NCBI GenBank assembly: GCA_010093605.1
Contig: MU004185.1
Span: 207,334 to 271,333, forward strand
Origin: Lophium mytilinum
Taxonomy: Eukaryota
Reading direction: 5' to 3'
Length of the DNA: 64,000 bases
Part shown: one piece after another, positions 61,431-64,000 of the stretch
Position numbering within the stretch: the stretch's first letter is position 1
How the letters are laid out: every line of letters starts with the position of its first letter
Translations under genes and position numbers: made by a program
The notes under the pieces: model-generated
The model's database searches: none
Seen by the model: the letters and a program-made list of their open reading frames with translations, nothing else
What the model was told of the DNA's origin: nothing

Positions 61431-62063
61431 AAACGGAGATATGGAGTCGAAAACTCGGATATGAGAGGAAGCAGTCAGAGCGGAGAAGGTATTGGATGGG
61501 TTGGTTTGAAGATGCGTTGAGGTTTTATACTACGGTTCAATGAGACCGCATTTGTGTATGGAGATATTGGAAAGTTTTGAAACTGGAGATCTCAGTTCTC
61601 TTCAATGCCTCTTCATAGATATACGTATACCTTTATACCGCTAAATAGAAGCCTCAAGTCATTTTCAGTGTACCCAATGAGTGAGGTGTTCGGTATTTTG
61701 GACAACTGGTAAACTCGTGCGCCCACCCCAGAGAGCGTTAGCAGGGTGTCGCAGATTGGACGTTTATCCGCTGGCCCCAGTGCTTATGAGTATGTTGGAG
61801 CCCCACAATCAGTAACAAGAAAGTGTACAGATGTTTACAACAAGCTTTTGTATTTGGCCACTTATGAAAGCAGCAAGAAAATACACCTGTAGGAAAGAAA
61901 CCAGACCTGCCGGTGATTGCAATCGCTAGAGCTCCAATATCGCGCGTGAACCTTCTCATGCGCTATAAAGACCATACGAGTGAGACTCTTGAGGGACCCT
62001 TCAACACAGTAGTCATCTTTGGGTGCTGCCTCGTTCCAGAATCTTCATCCTTCAGCCCCCTCC

Positions 62064-62819
62064 TCATTGTACTCCTCTCATAGCCTCCACCACATCTCTC
62101 CACCACTGCTTCGCCTCGTCATCATACTTATCCTCATCCTCGCTGCACACATGGAACCGCATCTTTACCCCCTTCGTCTTGAACTCCCTCATTCTGTACC
62201 TCTCTACAAACTTGCCTGGCTCCAGGCGCCTGGGCCCCAGCGTACTATGCCTCGCACTAACATTGATCTTGACATCCCTCAACCGCTCGAACTGCCCTAA
62301 CAACGTCGACTCTCCCGGAAATCCTGACGCCGGGCGTCTCCAAAGCCATGACCAATCGATACCCAGATGGTGAATGTGCGCACGGCCGAAAGAACCGATG
62401 TTAGAGGATAGGTTATGGAGCGCGGCGTAGGTTTTGAGGGTAAGAAAGAGATAAGACCTATAGATGAGGGAGGCGACTTCGAGACGTGTCCGGTGATTGA
62501 TGGCTAGCAGTGCGAAGTGAGGTTCCGGAGGGTGAGGGACGAACACAGTGTCGAAGGATACGGGGCAGGGGATATAACGCCCCCGTGAGGACCTTGAGAA
62601 GATGTTAGTATCACCGAGCCAGATCCAGTATTGGTGGCCTGCTAGACAGTGCGCGTAGATTAAGTTGCGGAGTTCGCCTGGGAGGTCGAGGAAGCGGAAT
62701 GGCTGAGAGTTTGGAGACGCTGCTGAAGCTGATTGGGTAGTTAGCTCCTGCGTTGTTCCTGCAGACGCCTTTTGAAGAGGTTCGTTGAAATCGAGTTCGC
62801 TTCGCATGAGAGGATTCAT
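62064..62819 (-). CDS. F-box-like orphan family member 3
   Basis: FRFLDLPGELRNLIYAHCL...VFVPHP..FALLAINHRTRLEVASLIY...FVERYRMREFKTKGVKM. Confidence 0.75.
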   Translation of the reverse strand: MNPLMRSELDFNEPLQKASAGTTQELTTQSASAASPNSQPFRFLDLPGELRNLIYAHCLAGHQYWIWLGDTNIFSRSSRGRYIPCPVSFDTVFVPHPPEPHFALLAINHRTRLEVASLIYRSYLFLTLKTYAALHNLSSNIGSFGRAHIHHLGIDWSWLWRRPASGFPGESTLLGQFERLRDVKINVSARHSTLGPRRLEPGKFVERYRMREFKTKGVKMRFHVCSEDEDKYDDEAKQWWRDVVEAMRGVQ

Positions 62820-63364
62820 TTGCTCTCAATCTAACACCTTGACGGTGGTGATTGGAGGTTGGTGAGATGAATGGAGGCTCAAGTGAGGTCTAAAATATAT
62901 GCAGCTAGTACTAGCGCGGATGACATAACCTGTCCCTGCATATCATCCTATGCACACGGGGGGGCATGAAAAAGCTGGCACTCTTATTTTGATGAAGAAG
63001 TGACGAACGTGCATGTACGCCACTGCTTGGGTTGGTTCAATGCGTTTCCAACAACGTAAATGAGATAGAAGGTCTTCACTTCCAGCTTCTTTAGGCACTT
63101 CAAGCCGCGGTGAATAGGTGTAACGCGAACTTTTACTTTGTTCATCTATGTGCTAAGCTACTAGACCTGACTCTCAGCAAATTGAATTATCATCGAGCAG
63201 GTCCATCGCATAGAACAAGGTGGGCGTCCTGTTCAAAACAACTGCCCCTTACTCCCCTCAATTCTGGCATATACCGTGATATCAAACTTTTCCCTCTGCA
63301 CTTTGACTCCTGCACCGAATAGACTTCTAGCGAGAAAAAGTCAACGCTTCTGCAGGACACTAAA

Positions 63365-64000
<636 letters not shown>

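Overview
Eukaryotic, intron-containing DNA from a filamentous ascomycete (Pezizomycotina-type GT..CTRAC..YAG introns). About 30 protein-coding loci and one intron-containing tRNA-Lys(CTT) can be read. A conserved core block at about 35-54.5 kb holds SEC66, NPL4, RFC2, a DUF3844-type protein, a mitochondrial phosphate carrier, a DUF3602-type protein and MDE1; an ERG10 thiolase runs off the right edge. Accessory-looking regions flank it: an Ada-type alkylation sensor, a nitrilase, a PTH11-like receptor, an APH kinase, a beta-lactamase-fold hydrolase, DUF6604, an SDR, SSU1 and many F-box-like orphans. Four things stand out. (1) A tail-to-tail pair of a nucleotidyltransferase-fold gene (broken by one in-frame TAG) and an uncharacterised partner, a candidate toxin/antitoxin-like module, sits among three paralogous F-box-like genes next to a Mutator-type MITE with a perfect 9-bp TSD. 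(2) A second MITE family with CACGC..GCGTG ends occurs twice in promoters. (3) Six accessory genes each carry an in-frame stop, five of them TAG. (4) Nine perfect CACGTG E-boxes cluster in a long intergenic region. Family names come from motif recall; no database search was run.
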